From Octopus bimaculoides (lineage: Eukaryota), in contig NC_068981.1 in assembly GCF_001194135.2 (NCBI RefSeq), positions 172,784,885-172,848,884 of the forward strand: 64,000 nucleotides of DNA. The letters run 5' to 3'. Below, piece by piece: positions 51,466 to 64,000 of this stretch (positions are counted from its first letter, which is position 1; each line of letters starts with the position of its first letter). The notes under the pieces were generated by a model that was not told the DNA's origin, did not search any database, and saw only the letters and a program-made list of their open reading frames with translations. A program made the translations under genes and the position numbers.

Positions 51466-52137
51466 GTAGGTCATGTTACTGCAAGAATTTTTCCCTTATT
51501 ACTTTTAACATGTGTAGCAGATGTGGTCGAGTAGATTTGTAGGGGAAGTAACCTACAACCTAGTTTCCATTCCTAGTTGGATGATATTCTATATTTTATT
51601 TGGAAGTTGGAGCACTCTTTAAATGGTTATCTTTATTGCTGAATACCCTTGCAAATTGAGTTTGGAAGTTTATATATTGGCACAGTGTGGCATACCAGGA
51701 CACTTAACCCTGTTCTCCTAGTGTGAACTTGGAGAACAATTACTTATTTGGATGTTTTGTTCATTTGCAGTACCACTTCTTTTGGTATACAACTTGAAAT
51801 AGTATTAGCTCTCTCCAGCTAACCTGTACCAGACATAGAAAGGTGGCATAATCTGTAAAGTTTCTTGATAACCAATGTACTCAGTCAGACTGGCTGGGTT
51901 AAGTTGGTAAACCATTGAAATGAGCAATATGGTTAAGAGTTCATATTAAACTAGGAATTGGCTGACTGACAGAACGACTGTTAGCTCAACTTATTTGAAG
52001 TAAGGAAGCTGTAAAATTAATCACATCTCCAAAAAAAAGTTATCATCCTATCTCTTCTAGTTTGGAAAAATGTTATTTGCCCTCATCTGCAATTGAAGCT
52101 CACATCATTAATTACTAATTTATAATCCTTTATCTAG

Positions 52138-52192
52138 GTCAGAAGAATTAAAACCAGAAGCTAAAAACTTCAAGATCTATTTTGTACATACA
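52138..52192 (+). CDS. PDPK1: PDK1 PH-domain exon (SEELKPEAKNFKIYFVHT)
   Basis: Matches human SQELRPEAKNFKTFFVHT; tatctag / gtaagt. Confidence 0.96.
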
Positions 52193-53204
52193 GTAAGTAG
52201 ATCTTAATCAATTGGATTTTGCTTGTGATATCAGCTATGTATGTTTCCTTATTGTTCTCTAAAATAATTTTACTTTGGGCCTCCATTTTCATAAATTAAG
52301 TTTCACAACTTCATCAGATTCTGAAGAATATATTATAGGAAATAACATTAGACTTAGTGGCTTCAGTCTCATCTTTTCTCAAATACAATTGAGCCAACAT
52401 TGCTTCCATCCCTCCAGGGTTGGTAAAATAAGAATTAGTTAACCTTTTTGATAATAATCAGCCTAAGACTGCCCTTGATTCTATGATACAAACTTCCTGT
52501 TTTAAATTAAAATTTCATCAAGATTTTGTGTTAACATTCCAAACAAGGTAATAATGAGTTATTTTACTAAATTCTCTATCTTCAAAAGCAGCATATTTCA
52601 ACAAAAACATTAAGGACTTAATTCATTTCAGCTCATTCTATACTAAATACAGAATTTGTAGTGCTGAACAAAATTCTTTATATTCTGATTACAGAACTTA
52701 TCAAGACTAAGTTTAGCTTTTCATCCTTCAGGATTGGTCAGATTTGCCAGTTATATACATTTTCCTCTCAAAATTTGTGGGTGATGGCATTGTAAAATAA
52801 TTTGCCATTTTCAATTCCAGTGCATGACAGAATGGCAGAGAACCAAAAACAAAAAAAGCTGTATAGTGTTTAGGTACACTATACAGTTTTTTAGTTGGAA
52901 TCCGGCTTAACTTTTTCTCAATTTTGTAGTGTTGTTAAAATTAGTACAAGTTATTAATAGGATTTCTTCCAACTCCTTATGTTCTAAGTTCAAATTTTGC
53001 CATGATCAACTTTACCTTCTGTCCTTATAGGCTCATTAGAATAAATTACCACTGGGGTTGATGTGATCAATTAATACCTCCTCAAAATTGCTAGCCTTGT
53101 GGCAAAAATTGGGACTTATTAAAAACTTAATATTATCACCTCCATACATGATTACATTTTACATCTTTTTAACTTGTTCTGCTGTTTCCATTATCTCTTT
53201 CCAG

Positions 53205-53306
53205 CCAAACCGCACTTATTACTTAGAGGACCCAATGTCACATGCTCAGGAATGGGTGACCAAGATCCAAGAAGTGTGGCAGCACTATTATGGCAATAGA
53301 CATTGA
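53205..53306 (+). CDS. PDPK1: PDK1 terminal exon (PNRTYYLEDPMSHAQEWVTKIQEVWQHYYGNRH*)
   Basis: Matches human PNRTYYLMDPSGNAHKWCRKIQEVW; ends in a TGA stop. Confidence 0.96.
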   Translation, partial: PNRTYYLEDPMSHAQEWVTKIQEVWQHYYGNRH

Positions 53307-53359
53307 TATTTCTCTCTCTCTCTTTCTCTTCCTCCCTCTCTCTCTCTCTCCCCTCCCTC

Positions 53360-53395
<36 letters not shown>

Positions 53396-54409
53396 CCTCC
53401 TCATCTCTCTCAATAGTTTAAATTTCTTTTTATTACTGTTTTGTCTCTTAATCCTTTTGCTTTCTCTGTTTTGCAATAGCCGACAAGTTGGATTGTTGGT
53501 ATTGTTAAATTTAACTTGAACTTGTGTGTGTGTGTGTGTGTGTTGACTCTGGCAGGTAGGGGAGGGGCTTTGGAAGTGTGACAAAGTAATTTAGTGGTGG
53601 GGTGCACACAGGGGTGGTAGGTAGCTATAACTTGTCATCTCTTCATCCACATATATCTGCAAATCACACATAAACACATCAAATTCCTCCATCAGTCTAT
53701 CCCTTACTCACTTATCTTCATTCCTTCGTACCTATCTAAGACCAACAATACAACTTTTTTTTTTTCCAGCTGGCTTTTATTTGCAGTGGGTATTTAGGCA
53801 TGTAATAGGTACGGATGACAGACAAGACAAGGGCTTCATTACTTTATGCACACTCGTTTCTTTGATAAGTGTGTGTGCATGTGCATGCAAGCTTGTATGT
53901 AAGTGCATTTGTTTACTTCTTGAGTACAGTTGTAACTTCATGGTATGCCACATTATTTCAATTAACAGCTGTAGCCATTGTGCTTTACATAGTTCTCATG
54001 AAATTTGTAGCTGCTAGGAGTGACATTCTAAACACTTTCAGTAGCATCCCAACAGGTTACCGACTATTATTTCATCACGTGTGTGTGTGTGTATATATAT
54101 ATATATATGCTTACTGTTCCATTAAGGTAAGATTGACAGTAAAAGTACTCCAACCAGTGAGAGATATCATTTAATGCACACAGTATAATGATACAAGCTA
54201 CTAATAGTTTCTTGATTGAAGACGCAGGTATAAGCAGGTTTTTATAACATACCTTGTCTCCAAGCATGTGATCTATTCAATTTGCAAATCAGGAGGCTGG
54301 TACAAAAGAAATCACAAGAAACCACAAGAAGGTAGATACAAAAAATTGGAAGGGTGAATAGAGACCAATAAGAAAATTAGTTATGTCCCCTTCGACAGTA
54401 AAACTATAA

Positions 54410-54790
54410 TAAAGCTACTAATTGTAGAATAATTCAACAAAGAAGGGTCCAAAGTCTGCAAGGCAGCTGCTCAATTCAGAGAGAGTGGTGTCCCCCAGTT
54501 CGCCCAAAGAAATTTATTCATGTTTGCATCTGGAATTCAGTGTGATGGAATTTCTAGATCTAAAAAAGAATATGTAATCTCTCAGCTACACATAATTTGC
54601 ATTTGTTAGATCCATTAACATATTGTGTAGATTTCTCTACAATTCTCCACTTGATTATACATAGTGTGCAGTTGGTCTTCAAACATCATACATGGCTAAC
54701 CAACTTAGTGGCTTTACTTTTGTCAATGTTGCTGAAAGAAGATAGGTGGTTTGCATAACATTTTTTGAAATTGCATTTGCATAATCAGAT
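54410..54790 (-). mobile_element. Second copy of the PLE GIY-YIG 3' fragment seen at 6660-7050
   Basis: Nucleotide similarity to 6665-7030; reads YVNGSNKCKLCVAE. Confidence 0.7.
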
Positions 54791-57239
54791 GGAATTTTTC
54801 TTTTTCAACTTTTTACATCTACCTTTTTCTCATTTTATTTTTTCGTGATTTCTAAGTGTCCTGATCTGCAGATTGACCAAACCATGTGCTCAGTTATACA
54901 AAGTGTTATAAAAACCTGCCTACACCCATGTCTCCAAACAAACTATTAGTAGCTCATATTTTTATACTGTGTACATTAAATGATATATATATACATTTAT
55001 ATGTATGACAAGTACCCTGTCATGTGATGTTTGTAAATAAGTGTCATTGTCATACAAGCAATGTTGTTAGTTTTCAGTCTTATGTGGAAAAACATGTCTG
55101 GTCATGAGAAATATTACCTAGAAACAGGCAAGGGTTGGCAACAGGAAAAGTATCCAGCCATAGAAAATCTGACACATGGGAACAGAAATATTAAATGATG
55201 GTGTGTGTTATAATTAAACAGGTATACAACATTTAGTCATCAGTTGGCCATACATTTACAAGAAGCTGCTACTACTGCAATACACAACACAATACAAATA
55301 AAATTAAACAGAAAACCATTAATACTATAAACATCATAAATGGAATTTTTTTTTTTTTTTCAAGTGCATTAGCTATGAAATGATTAAAAGTATCGTTTTA
55401 ACATCCACTTTTCTATACATGAATGGGTTGGACAGAATTTGTTGAAGCAGATTTTCTACAGCCAGATGCTTTTCCTGTTATGAACCTTCACCCGTTTCCA
55501 AGTGAGGTCATGTTTGCACAGAAATTTGGAAACAAAGGGCACCACTTGTGTGATGGTGGCTCTCATTTACAACAATCACATGATATCAAGACAGTCACAC
55601 ATATACACAATGGGCTTCTTTCAGTTTCCATCTATCAAATCCACTAAAGGCTTTGATCAGCCTGAGGCTGTACTAGACATTTGTCCTAGGTGCTACCATG
55701 CAGTGGAACTGAGCCTAAAACCAAGTGGTTGGGAAGCAAGCTTCTTAACCACACAGTCATACCTGTGCCTCAAACCAAAAATCGATAACATATAGCACAT
55801 ACAGAATAAGATATGAAAGTAACCTGGAGTTAACTGCTAAGCAATTTTAAATCGAGTACTGTGAATTTATCTGATACATCATTTCATGATTACTTGTTGC
55901 CTACTAGCAGTAACTTGCTACTATCATCACTTCAGAAGATGTGGTCAAGAAGGTCAATGGTAATGAACTTAGGACAACTACTGTTAATTAAACATAAAGG
56001 ACAAATAAGAAAATATGAAAATATCTTTAATAAAAATTGTTATTCAAACACATTTGTCTTTCACTACATGTTTGAAAGAAACTGTTCTCTACAGTTACAA
56101 ATATAATATATATGAACCACACACAATGAAATTAAGATTTGTTTATATACTTTTTTAAATTGGTAAAATAGGTGATGCCTTACACTAGAATTTTAGTTTG
56201 TCTTAAGTGTAATTTGAGCTCTATTTAAAATGATTTGGTTGGGGTGGGAAAACTCTTCTTTCTAAACCTAAAACGAATTTAAATAATTTTTATGAAATTC
56301 TGTTTTAGTTCATGAAAATATCTACTTTAACAATTTTAAGTTTTAAACAAAATTACAAAAATAAGAAACAATTAAATCCTTGTTCCTTAGAGCTCCTTCC
56401 TCTTTTCCCTGTGTGTATGCGTGCATGTGGAACTTAGTCTCACAGGTTCATACTTTAGCTTATTAAAAACTATTAGTGCTATGGCCTCACTATCCCACAC
56501 ATTAATGTATTGACTAACTTCTACACATGTTCATAATCAATGTACTTAGCACACTCTGAATGTTTTTATATCCATAAAAATATATTTTAATATATCTTAA
56601 GGCCATTTTCTTTGTAATGTAGACATATATAGTCAGTTGAGCCCCACCCCCTGGACATTACTGTTAAGTTGGTTTCACCAAAATTTGAAGAGAAAAACTG
56701 AATTTAGATATGATGCAGTCCAGTATTCTTCTGTTGGCCACATGCAAAACTTGGGAGTGTGTTTGTGTATGTGCTAGCACTGTTTTTTATGGGGTTGGAA
56801 GACTTCCATGTCAGTGCACGTATGTTTGCCTAGTAAGCTTCGTTTTTGGTCCTTTTGTTTTTATGGATTAATTTTGGAAAGTATCTTCAATTAAAACAAG
56901 TTTACTACTGCTGGTTTCCATGACTGTATTATTGCTGTAGTCATGTTGATATAAAATATTGTTATTTTACCCCTCCTCCCTCCTATTTTCCTTTCATCTT
57001 CTTGCTCCTCCTATCTCTGAATTTCTTGTTTTCTCTCTCACATATTCACTCACTTTTCCTGCCAATGTTATAGTTTTCAATATGTTTATTTATTAAAAAA
57101 AAAGGAAGAAAGAAAAAGACCCAGAAAAAAAAATTATTAACTTGTGCCTGGAATGTTTAAGATGGTGTGTTCTGAACAATGTGGACTGTTGTGTATCTTG
57201 CTTCATCTGAGCCTCTAAGTTTGCCATCTTTCACAGATA

Positions 57240-57660
57240 ACTATTGAACCTTTATCTCTTTGTATTCTATTCTTGCAAGCGATGAGCACTGTAAGTAATT
57301 CCCAGTTATCTCTCCTCCACTTACATTGCTAAATAGATTTGGGTAAAAGCATTCTTCTATCCTGTATTTCCTCACCTCCAAGTCAGGATTAATTACCCTA
57401 TTGATGGATGATATTTCTGTTTCTAAGTTCACCATTGACCATCACACTTTGGAAGGGAAAGGAAATATTGCTTTTTCACCATCTGGACACAGTGTTCTTT
57501 GTTTCATACATCACCCTCACAGCGACACCCAACTTTTGTTTTTATAGCCTTCCAACAGTCTTGATATTAATTCTGAGAAGGGACCCAGGCTGTTCCAACT
57601 TTGAAATATTGGTGGGGGCTTTGTTATTTCATGGGACCAATTGAACAGGAGGAAACTCTA
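57240..57660 (-). mobile_element. Decayed LINE fragment
   Basis: Similarity to 29200-29400; no intact ORF. Confidence 0.35.
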
Positions 57661-60199
57661 AGAATCTGAGATTGTCCGGATAAAGGTAACTGGCTCCCAC
57701 CTAACAAGGGTTTCACATTCTATATCTTACTACAGATATTTTACAAAATTGTTGAGAAAGGCATTTTAATGCCACTTCTATTAATGTTCTGAGTTCAAAT
57801 TCTGCTATGATCAGCTATGTCTTTCATATCATCAAGATCAAATAAAACAAAAACAGGTTAATCTATATGACCACCTCCATCCTACCACCAAACCTGATGT
57901 AGATTTAGAATTAGATTGCTTAGATGATTTACAGCATATAGCTGGGAGCCTTCAGTTTTTAGGTTCAAATCCTGGCTGGTTAACTTTATCTTGCATCCCT
58001 CTTGACAAAATAAGTGTCAGCAGTTCACTGTGATCACTTTATTTGTTCCCCTCCTTGTGCCAATGTGAGAAATCTACCACTGGGTGATGGATTGATAAAA
58101 ACAGAGCACTAGACAAAGGCATTGCTGTGTTTAGTCCTGTTTACATGCTGAGTTCAAATCCTGCTGGAGTCAACTTAGCCTTTCATTCTACTTGGGTTAA
58201 TGTAATCTAAGGGTTGATGCCATCAACTATATTCCGCATCCTCCTCACCTAGAAATTGGCCTTGTGCCAGTCTCCTCAACTGTTATCATTGTCAACCAGT
58301 AAAGTAGCCGAGCACTTGACTAAATGCATTGCAGTATTTATTCATCTCTTCAATATCCTGAGTCCTAACCCTACAGGGGTCACTGAAATGAGTTATATAC
58401 TGGAACCAATTCTTCATCTCAAAGTAAGATTGGCTCCAAGCCAAAAGAAATCATTATCAGGTACCATGGTGCCTCGTCAATTCAATCAATTATGCCTCCA
58501 CTTAAAAAACAAAATAAAAACAGTTTTGTTATTGTTGTTCTCATCAAATGGTTTATTAACAAAATACATATAGATATGTATATATAAAGGGAAGATTTTT
58601 CAAAAGAAAGGAACAATGCCAGGCTAATCCCTTCTTTTGCTTTGCTATATATTCATTTTGTTATTTATTGTGTGTGTGTGTGATAGTCGTAACTGCCCAC
58701 CTCTGGAGTACGGATCAGGCTATCAAGTATGTTGAATTTGTTTCAGTATTGGCCAATCAAGTTGCCTTGCCTGCTACAAATAAATATATAATATCAAAGC
58801 TCATAGAAAATCTTTTGTTCTGTTCTACAATCTGTTTTAGTAAGTCAGCTTACTTACTGAGTAATATATTCTAAATCTGCTTGTGTGTGTGTCTATAAGA
58901 GGTTGCTGTCTTAGCTGTCACATTTAATTTTACTTTGATTAAACTTAACCTCATCACCACCTCCTCTACCACAATATTTTTACCAGTCCTGGCTGCATAC
59001 TTTCATTTATATTTTTATTGTTGCTACAAAGTTTTTTTGTTCATTTCTTTGTTCCTTTTTTTTCTGTTGTTAAACTCATCTTGACAACCCCTCCCCATCT
59101 GACAATGTTGTGTACCATTTAAATCTCTTTTGTTATCTTTTAATACTGGTATTGTTACTAAAGTTATTCCTCCCTGCTTTCCTTTCATTTGGTTGATCCC
59201 TTTCTCACAATTAAAAAATTTTTTTTTTGCAGTCAGGTCTAGTATCTCTCATTTGCTGAGTGTTAAATGACTAAAACACTTGTTACCTTCCAACTTAAAA
59301 AATGATGCTTAACTTAGAAAAATGTTATTCAAATACTTTTTTTTTAAACCTTTCATTTTTTTTTTTCTTTATTTCACTTCATTTATAACCAATTAAAATC
59401 CTCACCTATTTTTGCAACAATAGTTTTTCCTTTATTTTTCTTGTTTCTTCAAATCACTTCATTTCTGTATCAGCTTTATTCTTACAGTTCCAAATTATTT
59501 ATTATTTTGTGTTTTAATAACGGTAGGGTGCTGTTCTACAACAGTAAGATCAAAGAAAGCCCAGTCTAGATAATTTTAATTCCCACTTGGAATCCTGTTT
59601 TTGGTTTTTATTCCTTAAAGACCATAAATCTTTTTCTTCTCTCTTTAAGGCTCCAAAGTGACATGTTTTGTAAAGAATCCTAACTTTTTTTAAACCTTAC
59701 TTCAGCAGAATTACTGGTTTATTAAACAATACTGCTTGATTAATCATGTAAAAATCTGTATCAGAGGGCAATTACAGCTTACATGTCTAATTAAGTTTCA
59801 CTCCTGCTGCTTATGTCTACTGAAGTGTTTTGGTTTAAGCTTTAATAGCAGGAAGGTTACCATATTCCAAATGAAAGTTTTCAATCTGACTAATGATTCT
59901 GCCAACCCAGCAATGTAAATCTAACAATAATAATCCTACCACCACAACAATCCAATTTTGTTGCTAATTGAAGTGAGAAATAACATTTTAACATTATGTA
60001 GATACTTTTGGTTTTCTGAATTAGTTGTCCTCTTCCATAATATTTATATTCATTTGGCTGGCTTACTAGCCAGCTAAATTAAAAGTCAAGAATTTGTTAA
60101 AAATATGCAGCCACCCACTCTCTTCTTATTTATCCAAATCACATCTTTCAGTAAAGACTACCCCTATACAAGCACAGAAAAAATGGACATAAAGTGATG

Positions 60200-60241
<42 letters not shown>

Positions 60242-63200
60242 CACAGAGACCAGAATTGTTTTCACTATTTAATGAAGGGGTGGAAAAAAAACCTAAATGA
60301 CATAGCTTACCAATATTACCTTTTTGCTTCTTTTGATGTTAACCTGGACATCTTTCTGGTGATTTTGTAAGGGTCAGAAATTTTCCTAATGTGACTAACA
60401 TTGAAGTAGTCTGACAAGACAAATGGCAAATAATTTACATTTTTAAACTTTGAAATCTTAAGTAGAGGAAAATTTCAGGTTTTGCATTTAGCTTCAAACT
60501 TTTTATTATTATTTTTTTTTAATGGAAAGAAGAACCTTAGATACTGAGATAACAGAGATTATTTTAAAACCTACATTTAAGTTTTACTTTTTATTTCAGT
60601 TGAATCTGCTAAATTCAGTACCAATTGACTGTAATGATTAGCACTTCTCCTACCCACCCACTCTCATATTTTGATAAAATATTTGTTAGTTATTTCAGGT
60701 GCCATTCTTTCTAAAGCAGTGGTAACTTTGAGAAATTATCCTCTTACTCCACTTCTAAATGTTTCTCATTGAAGCATTTTGATATTTTAAAGAAAGAAAA
60801 CCTAATTATTTCTCTGGAAATGTTGAAATTAGTTTAAGCTATTGCTTAGATGGAAAACTATTTAAATAGTTTTTGAAATACATCATGTTACTTTGGTTCC
60901 TTTTTAACATAAAATGAAAATACCCTCACCCTCCCTTGTGTACCACCAATCAACTGGGCTTTATCATTGATTCTGAATGTGGGTGTGTGAGTACAGGTGA
61001 ACAGGTGGTGTGATGGTGATTTCTTGCTGTACTCTTTGAATGTAAATAATTTTGTAGTGAAATCAATGTTCTGTAAATTATAACAGCTATTCTGATCTTA
61101 GAACTGTGATAAGATACCACCTAAACATACTGTTATATCCTTTCTCACTTCCAGAACCTTCCACCTCATTCCGAATTGCTTCAAAAAAATGTTGAAAAAT
61201 AAAATATCAAAAATGACTTTTTTTTTTCTTTTTAAGTCTAAGGATTATACATTCCCTTTCNNNNNNNNNNATTCTAGGCCTCACTCTTGTTCTACACTAC
61301 CACATGGTTTGGTCTTATAATTCCATACCTCACCCCCCATCTCAGTGTAGATAAGACCCTAATTACAAAAAAAAAAACCCACCCCATTTTCCCCTCAGTT
61401 TAGTTGAGTAACATGAACAATAAAAACAAAAATCAGCTAAACTGCAAGTATTCTCTCTGTTCTGTATTACTTGCCTTGCTGACTAAAGAAAAAAAAATTT
61501 AATTGGAAAAGAAAAATTAATAAACCATGGGAAACAATAAAAAAAAATCTGTTTTGATTCAAATTTTAATGTCATATGTTGTAAAGTGTGATGGTGGAGT
61601 CTGCTGAAACAGGAATAAACTGTAGGTTTTGGTGTATAATTGTACTCCGAGTCAACTTTTCTTGCCCAATGTTGATAAAATAAATCAGCAGGCATGTACT
61701 AATGTAGTTCAGAAGTAGTACCCCACCAATCATTAATGGTTTGTGCCAGTGAAAATAGCCAAATGTCCTTCAAAGGCTAGATACATTGAAAGTAAAAAAA
61801 TTCCATGGACTTATTTTATCCAAACTAAACATAAGCTTTTGTTGTAGTCAAGTGAGAAGAGCAAGGCAATATGTCACTGTGAGAGATATTTCTATGTCAT
61901 CAATTGAAAGTCAGGAAAAAAAAAACATTGTGGAGCTGAGCAACCACCAGTCACCTATTGGCACTGAAGAGTTTCAAGGACTGGCAACAGTGAATCCTCT
62001 TTGACTTATTTTTTTTAATCAAAATATTTTTTCTTTGGATTTTAGTCATTATCAAGCCAACAGCAGTGTAATTACAGCTGTTACTATGTTAAATACACAG
62101 TGTAGTGGTTTATATTCTCACTTCCACAATGTTCAAGGAAATTGATATGAACCCTAAATTTTATTCTTTTGAATATGAAATTAGATTGCAAGAATATTTC
62201 TAGATAGTGTGTCATGAACTTCAGAGTCTCTATTTAAATGGATAGTTATTATAAAGTTATAAAAGCAAACTTTCCTTTCAACACTCCAGTGACTGACGGT
62301 TCCTAAGAGTTCCAAAGAATTTTTTTGTGCTTGGTTTAATGATTTTCGTGGCAAACTGAAATAGAATCTAGGCAAAATGAGATAGTGGACAGATATTCCT
62401 ACAAGCAAAGAGGCCAACCCAGCAGAAAAGTGTTGAATGCATTAGATTTTAGTATCCCTGTTATTGGTAGTAATCTCTTATGAGTATAAAGCTTGGCTGT
62501 TAAACACTATTCTTCAAGATTAGACACTCATTATCAAGCCAACAGCAGTGTAATTACAGTTGTTACTATGTTAAATGCACAGTGTAGTTTAGATATCAAG
62601 AGATAAGTTTAGTCTGGTAACTTCTATATGCAAAAAAATATTTACCATTCTGCAATTACTTCCAAACCAACTGTCACTAAATGTTTGTATAATCAAAGCA
62701 ACACATCCTCTTCTTGTCAGTTGACTGCTCGGAGTACTGTCTATTCACAAGTATTCTTTACACCTAATCCATTTTTAATGTGGAAACCATAGAACTTGTG
62801 TGCCTCCAAAGCCCATAACCTCAAATTCTCAAGTGGTTCACTCACAGCATTACAGATGAAAAAAAAACACCCCTTTCCTCACGGTTCTGTCCTCTGCTGC
62901 CTGCTTAACTGCCAACTCCACACAAAACTTCTAAATTCTTTTCCATTACATACCCATCAAGACAGCTGATCATATTCAATCCCTTCTTAGCACATCAGAC
63001 CTAGTTCTTTATTCATACTCTCTCCAGGAAGTTATGGAACCAATTTTTACCTCTCTCTTTCTCTCTCTTCTGTTTGGCAAAATACTTCGCAACATCACTA
63101 GTGTAAGTGACACAAAAAAAAAAGTACCCTGTACCCTCTGCAAAGTGATTGGTGTTAGGAAGGGCATCCAGCTGTAGCAACCATGCCAAAGCTGATATCA

Positions 63201-63664
63201 AAGCCTAATATGGCCTTGCAGTTTACTGGATCCCATCAAACTGTCTGACTCATGCCAGCATGAAAATGGACATTAAATGATGATATTAATGTCTTAGTTC
63301 AAACATCTTTCAATAGGAATATAGCAATTTCATATCAAATTTCTGTACTTCACTCTTATGAGGAAGAATATATGCATCCACAGAACCCATTGCCCTCCCA
63401 CCACCACCACCACCATTTTAAATAAATACATAAATAAAAATCCAATGGACAATGTCATCCCTAGCATACCTACAAAATGATGAAATAATCTAAGTTGAAA
63501 CACCTTAACTTGCTCAATAAGGACTGACCTGAAACATTAAGCCTTGCAATGTCTGATAATTTAGCATTCAGATTACTCTGTCGAATGTAAAGTTGAACAG
63601 AAGCTATTATAGCTCTTGAGGGTTCACCACCTGATCAGGGCTGAAGGATTTTCAGGTTTCTAAA

Positions 63665-64000
63665 GGGAAACCCAAGTCTTTTAACCCTTTAGCCATATCC
63701 AGCCAAAATATTCCTGTTTTATTTTCAAACCAGTCAGATTTGGCCTCTCACACCTATACTAGTGTCATTCTAAAATTAAACAATCACTGTTGAAATTGCA
63801 AGTCCATGAAATAATGCATGATTAATCTAAAATGATTAACCATGCATTATTTCATGGATTTGAGATTTCAACGATGTGATTGTTTAATTTTAAAATGACA
63901 CAAGTGTAGGTGTGAGAGGCCAAATCTGACTGGTTTGAAAATAAAACAGGAATATTTTGGCTGGATATGGCTAAAGGGTTAAAAGACTTGGGTTTCCCCT
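63665..64000. repeat. ~335-bp palindrome built on a TTAA-flanked MITE
   Basis: Arms 63665-63827 and 63834-63998 around the loop taaaat; TTAA at 63681 and 63979. Confidence 0.9.

Noticed and set aside
61848-62004. Alternative PDK1 terminal exon (QVRRARQYVTVRD...NPL*)
   Set aside because: 8.5 kb past the normal stop, would break the PH domain, and no family resemblance

Overview
AT-rich, gap-containing draft sequence from an animal genome. The SINE and microsatellite content looks like Octopus or another coleoid cephalopod; this is inferred from repeat appearance, not confirmed. Two spliced genes are recognisable. (1) The 3' half of PDK1/PDPK1 on the + strand: 8 exons, 40261-53306, covering the kinase C-lobe and the complete PH domain. 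Its N-terminal kinase exons were not found in the window. (2) An ankyrin-repeat gene with five exons on + (28707-35691) and five on - (26747-19746). All are phase 0 and join in frame, and the + set lies on one contig bounded by two 100-N gaps, so that contig is probably mis-oriented. The rest is decayed LINEs, SINEs, a mariner relic, MITE-like hairpins, satellites and several Penelope-like element (PLE) relics. The most notable element lies in PDK1 intron 4: a GIY-YIG fragment between inverted ~240-bp repeats, each carrying a tRNA-like Pol III head followed by a minimal hammerhead-ribozyme fold. All calls come from manual reading and translation; no searches or folding programs were run, and repeat boundaries are approximate.
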